A stretch of DNA of 63,951 bases, the filler included, from Choristocarpus tenellus KU-1152 (taxonomy: Eukaryota; Protista; Phaeophyceae), in the NCBI GenBank assembly GCA_964200185.2. It is 11 parts of 11 records of this genome, joined end to end, with 100 filler letters (N's around TTAATTAATTAA, not from the genome) between each part and the next. Parts side by side here need not be neighbours in the genome. Positions count along the whole stretch, not along the records: positions 24,608 to 28,498 come from CAXNAD020017328.1; positions 28,599 to 33,223 come from CAXNAD020013742.1; positions 33,324 to 36,622 come from CAXNAD020020945.1; positions 36,723 to 50,273 come from CAXNAD020001453.1; 7 more parts are not named here. One strand, 5' to 3'. The notes below the pieces were generated by a model. The model had not been told where the DNA came from, did not search any database, and saw only the letters and a program-made list of their open reading frames with translations. Numbering within the stretch: the stretch's first letter is position 1; the number at the start of each line of letters is the position of its first letter. Positions 25,736 to 37,102 of the stretch are shown in pieces. The translations under genes and the position numbers were made by a program.

Positions 25736-28298
25736 TCACATCGTGGCACCCTTGCTCACCCAAAAAGATGCAATGTATGCCGGGTAGCAATAGTCACCAT
25801 GTCGTCGCACAGAGTACACTGTGCTACTTTCCTCACTAGACCTGGAGAGTATACTACCAAGGCCGTATCCAATCCGTTCCCCACTCTTACTCCCATGCTC
25901 AAAGCCTCCTCTTTCCCCTCCCAGGGAAGACTTTGCCAATGGTTCATCCATACGTTGAGAGTGATACAACGGCTGGGCCAGGCCAACCTCAACCCCACCT
26001 GGCAGGTTATGCACTACTACATTTCCGTCTTTGTCAGGATGACAAAGGTCGTCATGTGTAATACCTCCAGAAGAGGTGCTTGTCGTTGTGCCGGTAGCAA
26101 CACTACCTCTGCCATTGCCATGGCTACCAATGCCACTCCTTTCTGAACCTAGGGCAGCAAACTTCGTAAGATCATCTATTCCCACACCTTCCAGGGAGGA
26201 GGCAGCCTGTCCATTATTCTTGCTCCTGTCATCACAAGCGGTTTCCACTGCTCCCCCTCCCCCAAAACTTTGCAAATCCTGACACCTGCCGGTTACAACT
26301 TGTGCCAGTGCGATCGTGCGGAGGCCTCCATCCCCGATCAAGGCCAAAGAAGTGGCAGCAAAACTCGCGTCCCTAACACACCGCACCAACCAGGTGACTT
26401 CTGTTAGACTACCAGCACCTGCGCCTTTGCGTTCATCACTACTAGTCCTGTTACCATCCTTAAAATCCCCTCCACCTCCAGCAGCATCGCCATATTCACC
26501 TCCTCCAGCCCCTATTCCCTTCCCTGAACCACAAATCACACCTACATCGCAGGGATTTACATAGAAGAGCCCAGAGAGGCCGCCAACAGCAAGAGGACGA
26601 ACACCCATTATATCCCCCCCGTCACCCCGACCTCCACTTCCCCCAGGTCCTGCTTTGAGAGTGCTGTTGCTTTGCATACCATCAGTGGAAACAGCGGCTG
26701 CATCCCGCTGGCATGCAAATCGCAACCAGGTACCCCTGTCCTCAACGCGTTGGAGGCTGTTCAGTTTGCTTCCAGGGAGTGTCTGGTGCAGTAACGCTTC
26801 AGCTTCAACAAACTCCACGCTTCCTGAAGCCACGTCTATGTTGGACCTGCTTTGCCACCAGCCCCCTTCTCTCCTTGCTTCCGCCTGACCAAAGTTCTTC
26901 TTGTCCTCTCCCCCCAGCACACTAGCAATGTTTCCTAAAAGTTTCCCTTCCCCTCCTGAAAGTGGAAGCCATGACGCAGGGTACACAGGGGCTCCCAAAG
27001 GGCCAGGAGGGGGCAGGCGGAAGAACTCTGACGAGAGGGCCTGCCAGTGCCGCCAAAAAAAGATGGGAGGGGCAGGGGGGATAAGGTGCAATGGCAGTAG
27101 TTCTCTCCAAATATTATTATGGTCCAGAGGAACCAAAAAAAATAGTACACCAACAACTCCTATGACATACTAGTCTCATATACTTAGAGTCCCCCAAAAG
27201 AGGGAAGGGAAGGAGAGGTACAAGATATTTCTGCTGGCACAAATACAGAAATGCCTATCAACCCCGCTTCCAGATGCCTATGAATATGAACCTCCTTCAC
27301 TCTTGCTTCAGTAGTGCTTTTCCAAAGATGAAAACGAAGGCTCTATATTGCGTGCTGCTCAGCGACAACTAGGTAGGTCGGACGGAGACTGGGATTGTGC
27401 AGGCCTCTTAGACAACTGCTGATCTATTTCTTGCATAGTTGAAGGATATTGTGTCAAATCAAGGGGTACCATGATCAACAAGGAGCTAAGACTACAAACA
27501 CAATCCTTTCACCTCCAAAGCTGTGGGCCTCTGCCCCGGGTCATCAGCAAGCAGCACCACCAGCAACTGCTGCAGCGCCTGCCGGAACTGCCAAGAAAGC
27601 TGTCCTTCTCGTACCCCAGCTAGAACTCCTCCCCCATGCCCCATCGCCCCACCTCCCCATGACCCTCGCCGCTTGTGCTCTTCCTCCTTTCCCCCAGTCC
27701 CAAGTCCATTGCCCTTGTAGTACACATTATACAATGCCACCCCAAACGCATACATATCACTAGCTGTGCTACATGTATCCCCCTTGACCACCTCTGGAGG
27801 CAAGCTGTCAGACGGTAACCTGGCAAGTGCAACCGGCAATGGGAGACACATCATTGCACGGTGGTATGCAGCCATAGGCCCAACGGGCCCCGTGTCATTC
27901 TCCCCCCCTTTGCTCCCTTCCGCCCCACCCCCAACTGACCCTCTAACATGCGCAGCGACCAGAATATTCTCCAGACATACAGCCCCATGGGTGATTCCAG
28001 CTGCATGCAGCATCACCAGTCCACGGAGGGCTTGAAACATCACAACCCATACCTCCCAGGGCTGCTGCGAATAGGGCTGTGGCCGCCTGGCCAACCATGC
28101 AGAGGCAGTCAGAGCATCCCCCACAGGCACCTCTACCAACACCTTCCTGCCTTGGAGCGAAACTGCAGTTATGGGCATCAGTTCAGCCACTGGTCCACTA
28201 TCAGACCTGTCACTACTGGCGCCATGTCGCTGGAGGTTCGTCAGCAGATGGAGCTTGGCCACAAGCGCCCGCTGTTGCTTGATGTCACTGTACTCAAC
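25736..28298 (-). CDS. Pseudokinase domain fused to a degenerate PARP/ADP-ribosyltransferase-like domain (exons about 28298-27513 and 27040 to about 25736)
   Basis: Kinase C-lobe motifs QALRGLVMLHAAGITHGAVCLENILV, LPPE and SDMYAFG, then RPTALE|ALSSEFF across a phase-0 GT-AG intron (27512-27041). Followed by PARP-like EFVEAEALL...LQRVEDRGTWLRF, LFY, GKGI and RTIALAQVVTGR. Gene ends uncertain. Confidence 0.7.
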
Positions 28299-30534
28299 CT
28301 CCACCAAGTTTCAAGAAAACACCGGGGTGTGGTACAAGCAATGCAGGGTACGAGCAGAGGACAACATCAAGATCAATTAAAGATATTTTAAAAGTTATTG
28401 ATAGAGTCGGGGCAGCCATGATTGCCGCCCAAGGTGTCGTGAGGGTGGGAGCGATTGAGTGGAGTTGGCAAGGGGGGGGAGGGGGGGGGGGTGGATGGNN
28501 NNNNNNNNNNNNNNNNNNNNNNNNNNNNNNNNNNNNNNNNNNTTAATTAATTAANNNNNNNNNNNNNNNNNNNNNNNNNNNNNNNNNNNNNNNNNNNNGT
28601 TATGATGTCGAGGGATTAGACACCTTGGAGAGCTCCACTCTCCCATGGCATGCAAACTAACAAATGTGAGGGGGGGGACATTCCAGCACTGTGTGCATTT
28701 ACAAGAACACTTTTCCCAGGTGCGTAAAAAAAATTGAAAGATCGCAATCACTACTGGAGTTGCACACGCAAACTGAGGTCAAGGCTACTCCCCTCAAACT
28801 CGTCGCAGGTGGTAGACTGCTGCACAGAGCATTTTCTTTTTCTTAAAACTCGCATCGGCAGCAAATTGTTTCATGTGCAGTAAACCAAGCTTACAGCCTG
28901 CTCATGTACCTATGGCAGCAAACGAGGGAATAGGATTGGAAACAAAGTTCTTCAACTCTCAATCCAAGTCTGGGAGGAGTCTCTCTGTGGAGACAAGGTG
29001 ACTCGATGGGATCCAATAGAACATGTGAAGGAGACAAATGTGAGTACATATTTGAGAAAGTCAATTGATTGTCGCGACCACTATCAATAACAGAACCACA
29101 GCGCCCAAAACACATCTATCTGCATTGTGAAAATATGCCAAAAACAACTAGTGATACACCCTTCCTATGCACACAATAAAAAACTAATGTAGGTCGTGCG
29201 CCATGGATCGACACATTCGGCATTGAAAACTACTATTGAAGTTTTGTTCATGGTCACATCATGAAGTTGATAGAAAGTAACGCTATCTACTCAAAGTTAT
29301 ATTCAACAACTGAGTAAAGTGAGCGAGAAGTACCCAAAAGTTGAATTTTTAGGAGGATGCTGACAAATATGTTCAAGGTTCGACTTCTTTTTACAAATGC
29401 ATGTAGGATATTTTATGGATTCTGTCGAAAAGTCTCAAACAACAGAGAAATCAATTTTCTTAAGTCAAACTTAGCACTCCATCCATAGAAATATGGGTGA
29501 ATTACGTATGACTGAAAAACATACTTATAATGCAAAACTGCCTAAACCTGGGTACCTCTCGCTTACTGTAACTCACTGCCATTAGAAGAAAAAGTTGCGA
29601 GCGTAGTATAGCAACAGTGTAGCAGGATCAGAGAAAAGGGAATCCCTCAAGTTGTAGGGGAATATATCATCACAAGTTCTCGTACTGCGAGCATCTGCTC
29701 TAATAATGCCTCCTACCGAACGAAGCTGCAGAAATATTTTCCCTCACGGAGCAGGCCTTCCTCACAGCAAAACTTCATATCCTGAGCAGTGCCTTTTAGT
29801 TGGTTTGGTAGCAAGTATGAGTACAACTGATGCCTTGAGTTATAGCAGATGAATCACACACAAAGAAATTTCAAAAAAATAATCGTGCAATTGTGCAATC
29901 CCACAACCTTTGCTGGTGGATGAGCACATGGTAGATAGCTATGAGAGTTTGAGCAAGCTCCTGAGATTGGAGGTCAATTGGCAATTGGAGTAGCCGGTGT
30001 GGGCATACAACGTGGGTGTTTTAAAGGGATATTTCCTGAATGAGTCCCATCGCCACGGCAGTGGTACTCATTTCACCCCCATCATTTGGAGACAATCAGT
30101 TCCAACAGAAGAATAGAGGAATAGTGTTGAGAGTGCCCTGCTGCTTCAGTACCTGCTTATTCTAGGAGAGAAAACGCAAAGGCAACTAAATTGCCAATTT
30201 CCCGCTGACCTTGGGTCTGCATAAGACGCAAGTAGTCTCAGCACCATCTAAATGTGCCAGGAAAGAACAACCAAGTAGAGGGGGGTACAACCAACTCCAG
30301 GACAACTTTGTTTCATTTGTAACTCTGGCATATTCCACGGTAGCATGAAGTAGGGGGGACCCATTCAAGTTCGACTCCTCTATTTCTGTCATTTTCGGTC
30401 CTGCGGTGGGTCCTGACGCACAGCAATAAGCCCATCTCATCCAAGTTCTCTCTCGTACTGGAGGTCCGATCACAACATTAACCAAGAATTAGTTGGGAAG
30501 TAGGTAGGTAGGGGAGTGGTGTTTTGGACTTGGG

Positions 30535-31584
30535 ATGGATAAATCTTCATTTAAGAAAAAAAAATCTGGGATTTTTGTGGTACTTCAGAACCTGAGTAAT
30601 ATTTTAGGGAACGTTGAAAGAACTGAAGATCTCTGTTTCTACACCGTGTACCACACCAACAATATGAGAGAAACTCCCTTTGCAGTATCTTCTTTCGAAG
30701 GGCATGGAGACATTGTGAATCAGGTGTTAGGTTTAGGACCCGTTGTGACGATGTCAAGGGGTGACCTAGGTTTACCCCTCTTCTTCGCTGCTCAAGAAGG
30801 TCATGCGGATGTCGTACGGTCATTGATCCATGCAGGTGCATCCATAAGCTCACTTGGTAACCTTTGCCCACTTCATTTTGCTGCTCAAGGGAACCATGCA
30901 GATGTAGTTGGAGAACTGCTGGAGGCTGGGGCAGGTCCTGACCAACAGCACAAGCTCGGTAGCACACACACCACTGCTCTTCACGTTTCTGCTGGGTTAG
31001 GGCGTATGGGTGTGGTACCCGAGCTCCTCAACGCTGGTGCAGATGTTCAAGTGTCAGCAGAAGATGGTCGAACCCCTCTTTTTTTTTCTTTCCAACAAGG
31101 ATGTGCGGATGCGGTGAGGCTGCTGGCCAAAGCAGGAGCAGACCTTGGGCATTTGACCAACTCTGGTAGCACTGCTCTCAACGAGGCTGCTAAATACGGC
31201 CATGATCATGTTGTGAGAGTGCTTGTGGAAGCTGGGGTTTATCCTGACCAACGTATATTTTGGGGAGCTGGTACGAAAGATCTAGACGATTGTTTGTCAG
31301 TTACTGCCACCCCACTTCTCACTGCAGCTTTCAAGGGGCACGTACTTGCAGTTCGAGAGTTGTTGATGGCTGGGTCTACCTGGGACCAGGTCAAGGCCAC
31401 TACAACAGCCAGGTTGTGGGCAGAAGGACCTCTTCTTGGAGTAGATGTCGGACCAGATAAAGCCGCAGATATAACTGTGTTGGTTCGAGAGAGGAGAATT
31501 CAAGACATTCTGATTCGTTCTCCTTCATCCAAAGCCCACTGGCGGTGGCCCTGCAATGCTTCAAATCATCGTCTGCCACAATAA
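30535..31584 (+). CDS. Ankyrin-repeat protein (about 6-7 repeats)
   Basis: Repeated PLFFAAQEGH / PLHFAAQGNH / TALHVSA / TALNEAAKYGH / TPLLTAAFKGH. C-terminal ILIRSPSSKAHWRWP resembles, from recall, the WxWP tail of expanded brown-algal ankyrin proteins. True start uncertain. Confidence 0.9.
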   Translation: MDKSSFKKKKSGIFVVLQNLSNILGNVERTEDLCFYTVYHTNNMRETPFAVSSFEGHGDIVNQVLGLGPVVTMSRGDLGLPLFFAAQEGHADVVRSLIHAGASISSLGNLCPLHFAAQGNHADVVGELLEAGAGPDQQHKLGSTHTTALHVSAGLGRMGVVPELLNAGADVQVSAEDGRTPLFFSFQQGCADAVRLLAKAGADLGHLTNSGSTALNEAAKYGHDHVVRVLVEAGVYPDQRIFWGAGTKDLDDCLSVTATPLLTAAFKGHVLAVRELLMAGSTWDQVKATTTARLWAEGPLLGVDVGPDKAADITVLVRERRIQDILIRSPSSKAHWRWPCNASNHRLPQ

Positions 31585-33666
31585 AGTGTATCGTACAAAT
31601 CACAAACCATGTATGCCACAGTCGTTGTCCAGAGAGCAGTGCGAGGGGGAAACTTCAAATACTTGCTCAGGTATGCGAGTGACTTTGACCCAACCACTTC
31701 AGGTTCTGCTTACTTAACCCATGTTTAGACTTTCTCACTTCCTGTTGGTCTGCTACCGGAGAAGTTACCCTACCCTAGATGCTTGCATCCGCGCGAGTAG
31801 CCGAGATGTCTTCCAGTGCTAGGAGTGTTTGTAGTCAGTATTTTGCACAACATCATGTGCTGAAACGCCTTTTTCTGTGCACGCATGAGAAAATTTCTAT
31901 TATTTCTTGGTCTCTTGGTTGACGCAATGTTGCAGCACTACATGTTTGCCAAGAAAGGCCTCTTATATAGACAGCCCTGGTGAGAAGGCTGCCACTCATG
32001 ATTCTTTGACAACTCATTCCTAAAAAGCACCTCTGTTGTAATTTGTTTATTTGTGGGCGTAGTTTTTTTTCCCTATATATATATATATATTGGTTCTTTT
32101 GGGATCTTGACTACTGTTCGGTCTATCAATGTAACCCCTTGACCACAACTATATGCATTCAGTGTCCAAGGATTTTGGAACAAGGATGTGCAATTTCAAG
32201 GGCTTACCATTCGTTAGAGTGCCCTACTCTTTTTGTACCCTCACCTGTATTGTTCCTGCTACATTACATGCTGTATTGCTGTATCACTCCGCATTATTGA
32301 ACATGATGGGAGATTTCATCCTTTGCCGAAAAAGTTCTTGCTTTGTGCGCATGGCCTCCCTAAGACTTGTGTACTCTAGCTCTTAACGTTTAGATATTTA
32401 TATCGGGCTCCACCATCGAACCATTAAGATTTACATAGGGTTGATTGATACATGTAATACGGGGGGGGTTGCCCTCTGATGTCCATACTGTAGTGAGACT
32501 GTCAAGATAATCAAAACACCTCTTTACACCACCTAAGTACCGTTCCTGCATGAGGTCAGTACGTGGCATTAATAGTGGCATCTCAATATCTTGAGAAACT
32601 AACAGTCCATCACACCACCATGGCGAAATACTTAGCTACTTGCCTCGGACTTGGCGTACAATACCTTTTTTTTAAAACAAAAACGAGTCAGGCGTTTTGG
32701 GAAAACTTCGAAACGACCGCTTGACACTCAATTTACCTGCCTTGGAAATTTTCCTTTTTTTGCAATCTGCAACAGTTTCCACTCTAGAACACATTTATTT
32801 AGATCCCCCGCATGCCCAGCGCTCGAGCTGCTTGGCATTGGCAGCACCTAAACCGTTCCTGAGCACCTGCTTTGAGAATGGCATGAGTTTCCTCCACTTC
32901 GACAGGCTAACTGATCCACAGGGTCGGCCACCATCTTCCCTACCATTTCCCCCACGTCATGATCCCCTTCGAGTATCCCCCTCGGCCTGGTCCTGCCCTG
33001 CATTACTCCTTTCCCGTGTTTGGAAGGTATCCACTCCTTGCCACCCTTGCCTATCACCCGGCCTTCCTCGTGGGATTGCTTCCTCCTGAAGAGTTTTCCT
33101 TGACCTTTTTTTTTGTGAGTAAAAGCTCTCGGTGGCAATACTTCCTCCTACTACGTAGTATTCTTGATATACTCTTGAAGTCCCTTTTCTGTGTCGCCCC
33201 CCTCTCCCCCCCCCCCCCCCCTCNNNNNNNNNNNNNNNNNNNNNNNNNNNNNNNNNNNNNNNNNNNNTTAATTAATTAANNNNNNNNNNNNNNNNNNNNN
33301 NNNNNNNNNNNNNNNNNNNNNNNATTTAAAAAAAGAAAAAAAAAAAAAAAATTATTACCAGAGTTTTGGATATTTACGTGTGAGGTGGTGATTGAGTTCT
33401 TTTTCTTGAAGTCATTTTTTTTTTTTATTAATTAAAAAAAACTAACAATCAAGGGGGCCTATTGTGTGTGACTCATTGAATATTTTTGCTCGATTCGCAT
33501 TCACAAGAAAAAAAAATGTTAAAAAGATTTTGCTTAGCAACACTAAATAGAGGGTGTGTGTGTGTGTGTGTGAGGTCGTTGCGTGACATATTTCTATTTT
33601 TTCACATCTATATTTTTATTTTTATGCAGCAGTAGGTGGGGTGCAGTGTGAGGTGTGATGAGGGAC

Positions 33667-33667
<1 letters not shown>

Positions 33668-33710
<43 letters not shown>
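33668..33710. repeat. (CA)n microsatellite
   Basis: Read directly; abuts MITE A. Confidence 0.95.
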
Positions 33711-33712
<2 letters not shown>

Positions 33713-33714
<2 letters not shown>

Positions 33715-33971
33715 GCCAAAGTATCTTAGAGGGTAGAGTCGCGTCCATTTGGGGGTTAAAATCCAATGATCCGATTTTGATGTAATTGTGACTATCGTGT
33801 TAGTTAGGAGATGTCAATATCCTTACTCCGGACACACCTTTTCATAACGTATACATTTTACCTACTTCTAAACATTTTGGAGTAGGTACGTATCATAAAA
33901 AGAAACATGGGAAGTCAAGTTCCAAATGGACAAACAGTGAAAAACTCGTACCCTCTAATATACTTTTACTC
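33713..33971 (+). mobile_element. MITE family A
   Basis: gagccaaagtatcttagagggta ... taccctctaatatacttttactc; both flanks read acata, but within microsatellites. Confidence 0.92.
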
Positions 33972-34553
33972 ACATATATATATATATACATACATATATA
34001 TAGGTCTTGATAGTTGAATGATGTGATTTGACTTCTTTTTTTTGCAATCGGTAGTTAAGAGAAAAATAAAATGAAAATAAAAAAAGTAGAAAAAAGAGAA
34101 AATTGAACCAGAAAAAAAATCGTCTTGGTATCGAGGAGCAATATTCACAGGATCGCAGATGGTAGTTGTTTAAATATTGGAGTACAACTGGTCACATGTG
34201 TATTTATCTATGTATGAATGAATCTATGTATGAATGAATGTCTGGTCACATATGCATGTATCTATGTATGTATGTATGTATATCTAGGGGCTGATCCGGC
34301 AAGAGGGATTGGTTCTGATTGGTGGCGATCGAATCATAACACTTTTTTAAATATTTTATTTAAATGATGTTCTGAGGGTCGCTTTGAGCTTCTGTGTGGA
34401 GAAACGCTGGGAGATGACGTATGTATGTTTTGGATGAATGTCTTTCTGGAAAAATGATAATATGTGTGTGTGTATGTATCTTTTTTTTTCTATTGCCTCT
34501 CTCTATATATATATTTATGTGTGTGTGTGTATGTTTCTTTTTTTTTCTATTGC

Positions 34554-34588
<35 letters not shown>

Positions 34589-34732
34589 GTTAATATCGTT
34601 CATTGAAGTTGTGTGTAGTCATGCATATCGTGGAGACTGTCAGTGTAAAAACCGTGTGCGTGGTCGTGTGTGTTGGGTGTTTGTACTTATTTGATGGCGT
34701 CTGTTTGATAAATAATATAAAATATAAATAAG

Positions 34733-35570
34733 GTTATTGAAGGGAAGGGAAGGACCAAGAGGAACGCCATCGTGGTCACTGAGTTGCCTTATCAGGTGAA
34801 CAAGTCCGGGCTGTTGGAGAAGATGGCCAACATGGTTAATGACAAGAAGGTATGGATGGATGGATCGGTGGGTGGGTGGGTGGTTGGGTCGGCAAGGTAG
34901 ATGATTAGTTGGCTGGTTAAATGGACAGACGGATGGATGGATACTCTTCTCTGAGTGATAGGGCTCCCTATTTTGTTCTGAGATACAAAGTGTAAATGTA
35001 TCTATATGTGAATGTATTGTTTCTTTTTTAAACTAATAAACGCCTTCTTTCTACAGCAACATTCTTTTTTTTTGTACCACCTTTGTACCATCTTCCAACT
35101 CTAACCCCTGCCACCCCCCACCCTGGCCTTTCCTTTGGCTCTTTTATTTCTTTCTTGTTGGTATGTATTTATTCTTGTGTTTGTGAGGTGGGGGGGGGTG
35201 GGGGGTGGGGGGTTGGAATTGCTGACAGTGATCCCTGCAAGTGCCGTTCCACTGGCCTTTTTTCAAATTAATTATGTCCTTTTTTTTTGTTCTTTGTGTG
35301 TTGTGTTTCTGTTTATTTTTTAGCTTTTGTGAGAAGAAAGTTTTCATTTTGGGTTCTCTCTCTCTCTCTCTTTGTTTTGTTTTGTATTTTGTTATTTTCT
35401 TCTTTGGTGCCTCTGATCTGATCTCTCTGTCGATGTACTATATATAGTGGGTGTCGATGTCATTTTTTTATTATTCATCTTTCATCTTTTTATTTTCCTC
35501 TGCATTTCTTCTTTTTTATTTTATTTTTTATTTTTTAATGCAATGCGTCTACATACCTACATTTGTTTTT

Positions 35571-35613
<43 letters not shown>

Positions 35614-35711
35614 TGTGTGTTTCTCCTTTCTCATGTTCTTCCTTCTGTTGTTCATGTTGTATGTCCACAACTCTCGGTGGTAGCTGGATGGAATATCAGA
35701 TCTGAGAGATG
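34733..35711 (+). CDS. gyrA: DNA gyrase subunit A (nuclear-encoded, presumably organellar), internal exons 34733-34849 and 35684-35711
   Basis: Spliced translation VIEGKGRTKRNAIVVTELPYQVNKSGLLEKMANMVNDKK|LDGISDLRD matches the GyrA IVVTELPYQVNK...IEGISDLRDESDR segment. AG/GT boundaries, phase 0. Confidence 0.88.
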
Positions 35712-36130
35712 GTAAGAGGGAAGTGGGGGTGCGTCGGGTGACTATTGTTTATTATTATTATTATTAGACGGTTTAGTGTTTGGGCTGTTGTTATGTTGTC
35801 AAGAGGAATGTAGTACCTGTGAAGTGAAATGTACCCTTCTTTGTCAAATCCCAGTAAAATGAAATGCGCCCTTCTTTGTCAAATTTCAGTAAAAAAGAAA
35901 ATAAAAGCATGTTCGTGATGTCCGTTACAAGACCCTCCAGAGTAAGGGATTTTTTTTTCGCCAATTTTTTAATTTTTTGAAAAAAGAGCGCTCATGTTGG
36001 GGTTCGAACCCTGAATTATAGGTCACCAAGAGATGATGCTATTACTTGATTAAAGTATAGGGTTTAGACAGGAAAAAAACCTCCCCACCCTTTCTTCCTG
36101 TGTGTTTTGCGAGTGTTGGTCTTTAATCTT

Positions 36131-36240
36131 ACTATTATTGTTATTATTATTGTTGTTATTATTATTATTGTTATTATTGTTGTTATTATTATTATTATTG
36201 TTATTATTATTAATATTATTATTATTATTAATATTATTAT
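36131..36240. repeat. (TTA/TTG)n trinucleotide microsatellite
   Basis: Read directly; source of the poly-L and poly-N ORFs. Confidence 0.95.
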
Positions 36241-36532
36241 CCTTACTCGTATTCCCCATGAATCCCTTTGACCTTTTTGGTGTCATGGGATGTATTTGGA
36301 CTGTTTAGTGTATTGTGCTTTTGAACTGTGTACTTCATGTTTCTATGTAATGTGCATGTTATATTTTATACATATGTTGTGTTGTGTTATGTTGTGTTAA
36401 GTGGTACTTTCAACCTCAGCAGTCGTTCTATGACACTCTGCTGTCCTAGAAAGGGAAGGGGGGATAATAATAGTTTTTGGTAGCTTAGATAGTGGGGACA
36501 CTAGCTCGTAGCCCTAACCATAACACGGGGAG

Positions 36533-36622
36533 GGCTCAAAGTATCTGGGGGGGGGGGGGTGGCGGCTGGCCAAACCGGGCCCCTTTTTACGGGTTGCGAT
36601 TTTTTGTGGGGTTTTGTTGCAT
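36533..36622 (-). mobile_element. MITE family B end at a contig break (sequence degraded after the G-run)
   Basis: ggctcaaagtatctggggggggggg TIR. Similar B ends start contigs at 9743-9780, 36723-36824 and 61361-61379. Confidence 0.7.
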
Positions 36623-37102
36623 NNNNNNNNNNNNNNNNNNNNNNNNNNNNNNNNNNNNNNNNNNNNTTAATTAATTAANNNNNNNNNNNNNNNNNNNNNN
36701 NNNNNNNNNNNNNNNNNNNNNNAACCCCACACGGGCGCCCAAATAACACCAAAAATATGAAAATCGAAAAAAGGGTGAAAACCGGACGCCGACAACCCCC
36801 CCCCCCCCCCTCAGATATTTGACCCATTATTGTTAATATTGTATGCATTATGAATACCAAGTGGATGTGACTATTGTACTATTTGCAATGGAATCCTTCC
36901 GAAGTGAGAGTCCTCAGTAGACAATGAGTCAATTTTTGTTTTGTACTGATTGGCAGGCTGTAGCCGTATTGCCCTATTTATTTTATTGAGGTGCTTGGAA
37001 GTTTTGGTGGGTGGTCCTGACCTCTCTTCATCCATTGTGTAAAACAAACTGCTCCCACCTGTTAATTATTATTAACTATTATTAACTTTGTTGTCACAAC
37101 AG

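Noticed and set aside
35985-36050. tRNA or tRNA-derived SINE (ggggttcgaaccc T-arm-like hairpin)
   Set aside because: No acceptor stem, D-arm or anticodon arm could be built.
34421-36308. Hydrophobic, poly-L and poly-N ORFs
   Set aside because: Products of T-rich intron sequence and (TTA)n/(CT)n repeats within the gyrA gene.
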